Shown piece by piece: positions 61,480 to 64,000 of a DNA stretch of 64,000 nucleotides. Position numbers and translations under genes: made by a program. The stretch is from Cetorhinus maximus. Its lineage: Eukaryota. The stretch is taken from NCBI RefSeq assembly GCF_964194155.1, contig NC_135881.1, positions 30,070,001-30,134,000 of the forward strand, given 5' to 3'. Position 1 is the first letter of the stretch. Each line of letters starts with the position of its first letter. Below the pieces are notes generated by a model. That model did not search any database, was not told where the DNA came from, and saw only the letters and a program-made list of their open reading frames with translations.

Positions 61480-62880
61480 GATCACGTGTGTCAGAGGGAA
61501 AGAACACGCATCTCAAGAGATAATAAGTCTCCATAGTGGCAGAAACAAATCTGAGAAAAACGTCAAGAACAACACCAGGAACTCTTCTTTGCATTTATCG
61601 ACCTGAACAAAGTATTTGACTCAGTAAATTGTGGATCTGTGGATTGTGCTCCAAAGATTTAGATGTCCAAGAAACTTGATCAAACCCTGCAATTGTTTCA
61701 TGATATGACTGTAGCTGTCTTGTGTGGGAGATCTGACACCGACACCTTCAGAGCCCAGATCTGGGTCAGACAAGCCCCCATACATATACAGTCTACCTGA
61801 CAGTGACATTTCATCTTATCAAAGATCAGCTGTCCTCTGATTTCAGTATTAAAAACCATCTAGATGGAAAACCCTTTAACCCCAATACCTCTGTGCAAAA
61901 ACTAAACTGACCACCATAGATATACATGATTTTAAGTTTGCAGAATACTGCAGTATCATTGCTCACTCTGCACCAAATTATAAACCGCCCTCAATCTCTT
62001 TGATTCTGCATACAAGAAACTTGGCCTGTCCATGAACGTTGCCAAAACAAAGTGTATTAACCTACACCTGGTCAGCCAAGTATTCCACCTTCCATACATA
62101 TTGAAGGAGAGACTTGAATATGTTTAGCACTTCCCACACCTGGGCAGCCATCTCTCTCAAAAAGCCACCATTGAAGAGGAGATCCAACACCAGGTCAGTT
62201 GTGCCAGCCCAGCTTTCTATAACCAACTGCAGTAAGTGTTTGACAACAAAGATCTCCACAAGACAAAGTCCTAGTATACAGAGCAATTGTTGTCACCACA
62301 CTCCTGTACTGCCGTGAGACCTGGACCGTGTATCATCGATACATAGCACTAGAGAAATTCCATAAGCAATGGCTCTGCTGCATCCTCTGGATCCAATGGG
62401 GGAACTGTTGAACAAATACTAGTGTTTTTCTTGAAACGAGCTCCACAGGTATTCAGGCAAAATTCCTGAAAAATCAGCTTTGGATTGGAAACTGTGTCTG
62501 AATGGCCAAAAACAGTCTCCCCTGCTAGGTCCTGTTTTCTCAAATCTCAAATGGGCAACTTTACAGGGGAAGATAAAGAAAACGCTTCAAAGACACTCCA
62601 AAGGTCTCCTTGAAGCATAGCAGCATTGACATTAATGGCTGGAAGGAGCTTGCTACCAATCGTTCAAAACGATGACAACTTGTCCATCAAGAAGTATCAC
62701 AGGGTCACACCGTCTTAATGAGGCAGAGAAGTAAAGAAAAGGAATCAGATCCCACTAGCACATGGGTCATCCTGCCCCATGTGCCCAAATATCGAGAATC
62801 AGCCTGTTCAGTCACAAGAAGAACCAAGGCAGAAACTCACGACCCTGAGTAAACATCATCCTTGAATTGAGGGACCAGGG
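61480..62880 (+). mobile_element. RTE-clade (BovB-like) LINE fragment, decayed
   Basis: FAFIDLNKVFDSVN, LDGKPFN..KTKLT, LGSHLSQKATIEEEIQH, YRAIVVTTLLYC.ETWT, RKRFKD. Confidence 0.78.
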
Positions 62881-63039
62881 ATGGTGTAGAGTTCTGTTAT
62901 CTAGGCACAAAGTGCAGAAAAGGGAAACCAAGCTAATACAGAGCTTAATGCATCTCAGCTACTGGGTGAGGTTGAAGAGCCTGGGATAGTTTCCTCTGAG
63001 AGAAGAGGAAACTAAAGGAGGATGATAAAGGATTCTTTT

Positions 63040-64000
63040 TTTTTTAAAGCTATTCATTCATGGGATGTGGGCATCATTGGCTAGGCCAGCATTTATTGCC
63101 CAACCCAAATTGCCCTTGAGCGGGTGGTGGTGAGTTGCCTTCCTGAACTACTGCAATCCATGTGGTGTAGGTACATCCACAGTGCTGTTAGGGAGGGAAT
63201 TCCAGGATTTTGACCCAGCGACAGTGAAAGAATGGTGGTACATTTCCAAGTCAGGATGGTGAGTGGCTTGGAGGAGAACTTGTAGGTGGTGATGTTCCTA
63301 TGTGTTTACTGCCCTCGTCCTTCTAGATGGTTGCGGTTGTGGATTTGGAAGGTGCTGTCTAATGAGGCTTGGTGAGTTCCTGCAGTGCTTCTTGTAGATG
63401 GTACACACTGCTGCCGCTGTGCATCGGTGTGGAGGGAGTGAATGTTTGTGGATGGGGTGCCAGTCAAGTGGGCTGCTTTGTCCTGGATGGTGTCAAGCTT
63501 CTTGAGTGTTGTGGGAGCTGCACTCATCCAGGCAAGTGGAGAGTATTCCATCATACTCATGACTTGCGCCTTGTAGATGGTGGACAGGCTTTGGGGAGTC
63601 AGGAGGAAAGTTACGTACCGCAGGATTCCGAGCCCCTGACCTGCTCTTGTAGCCACAGTATTTATATGGCAGGTCCAGTACAGCTCCTGGTCAGTGGTAA
63701 CCCCCAGGATATTGATAGTGGGGGATCCGGTGATAGTAATGCCACTGAATGCCATGGGGTGATGGTTAGATTCCCTGTTGTTGGAGATGGTCATTGTCTG
63801 GCACTTATTTGGCGTGAATGTTACTTACCATTTGTCAGTTCAAGCCTGGATATTGTCCGGGTCTTGCTGCATTTGGGCATGGACAGCTTCAGTATCTGAG
63901 GAGTCGCGAATGGTACTGAACATTGGCAATCATCAGTGAACATCCACACTTCTGACCTTGAGGAAGGGTGGTAATTGATGAATGAAGCAGCTGAAGATGC
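63040..64000 (-). mobile_element. CR1/L2-group LINE 3' part, runs off the window
   Basis: ORF 63306-63794 INILGVT..WTCHIN..TIYKAQVMSMMEYSPLAW..KKLDTIQDKAA, with the shared 3' tail. Confidence 0.9.

Overview
Eukaryotic, vertebrate-type genomic DNA. The repeat families (CR1 3' tails, a Deu-domain SINE, Penelope elements, PIF/Harbinger elements) suggest a cartilaginous fish (shark), which is an inference. No rRNA, tRNA gene, CRISPR array or intact host protein-coding exon can be supported. Most of the window is nested transposable elements: many CR1 and L2-like LINE fragments, an RTE fragment, a 5'-truncated Penelope element with a 13-bp TSD plus short Penelope-derived inserts carrying minimal hammerhead-ribozyme motifs, an internally deleted GalEa-like Copia element, and a Harbinger set (one Myb/SANT copy, one deleted derivative, two transposase copies, three MITEs). 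At 51.1-51.8 kb there is a CpG island with a probable non-coding first exon (donor at 51315) of an unidentified host gene, directly preceded by a G-rich two-monomer minisatellite and a 329-N gap. The most unusual item is a decayed retroelement-like segment (22.8-24.6 kb) in which a Gypsy-type gag N-terminus runs in frame into a coiled-coil fragment resembling the host gene UACA. Protein family calls come from manual translation and recalled motifs, with no database search. Boundaries of degenerate repeats are approximate.
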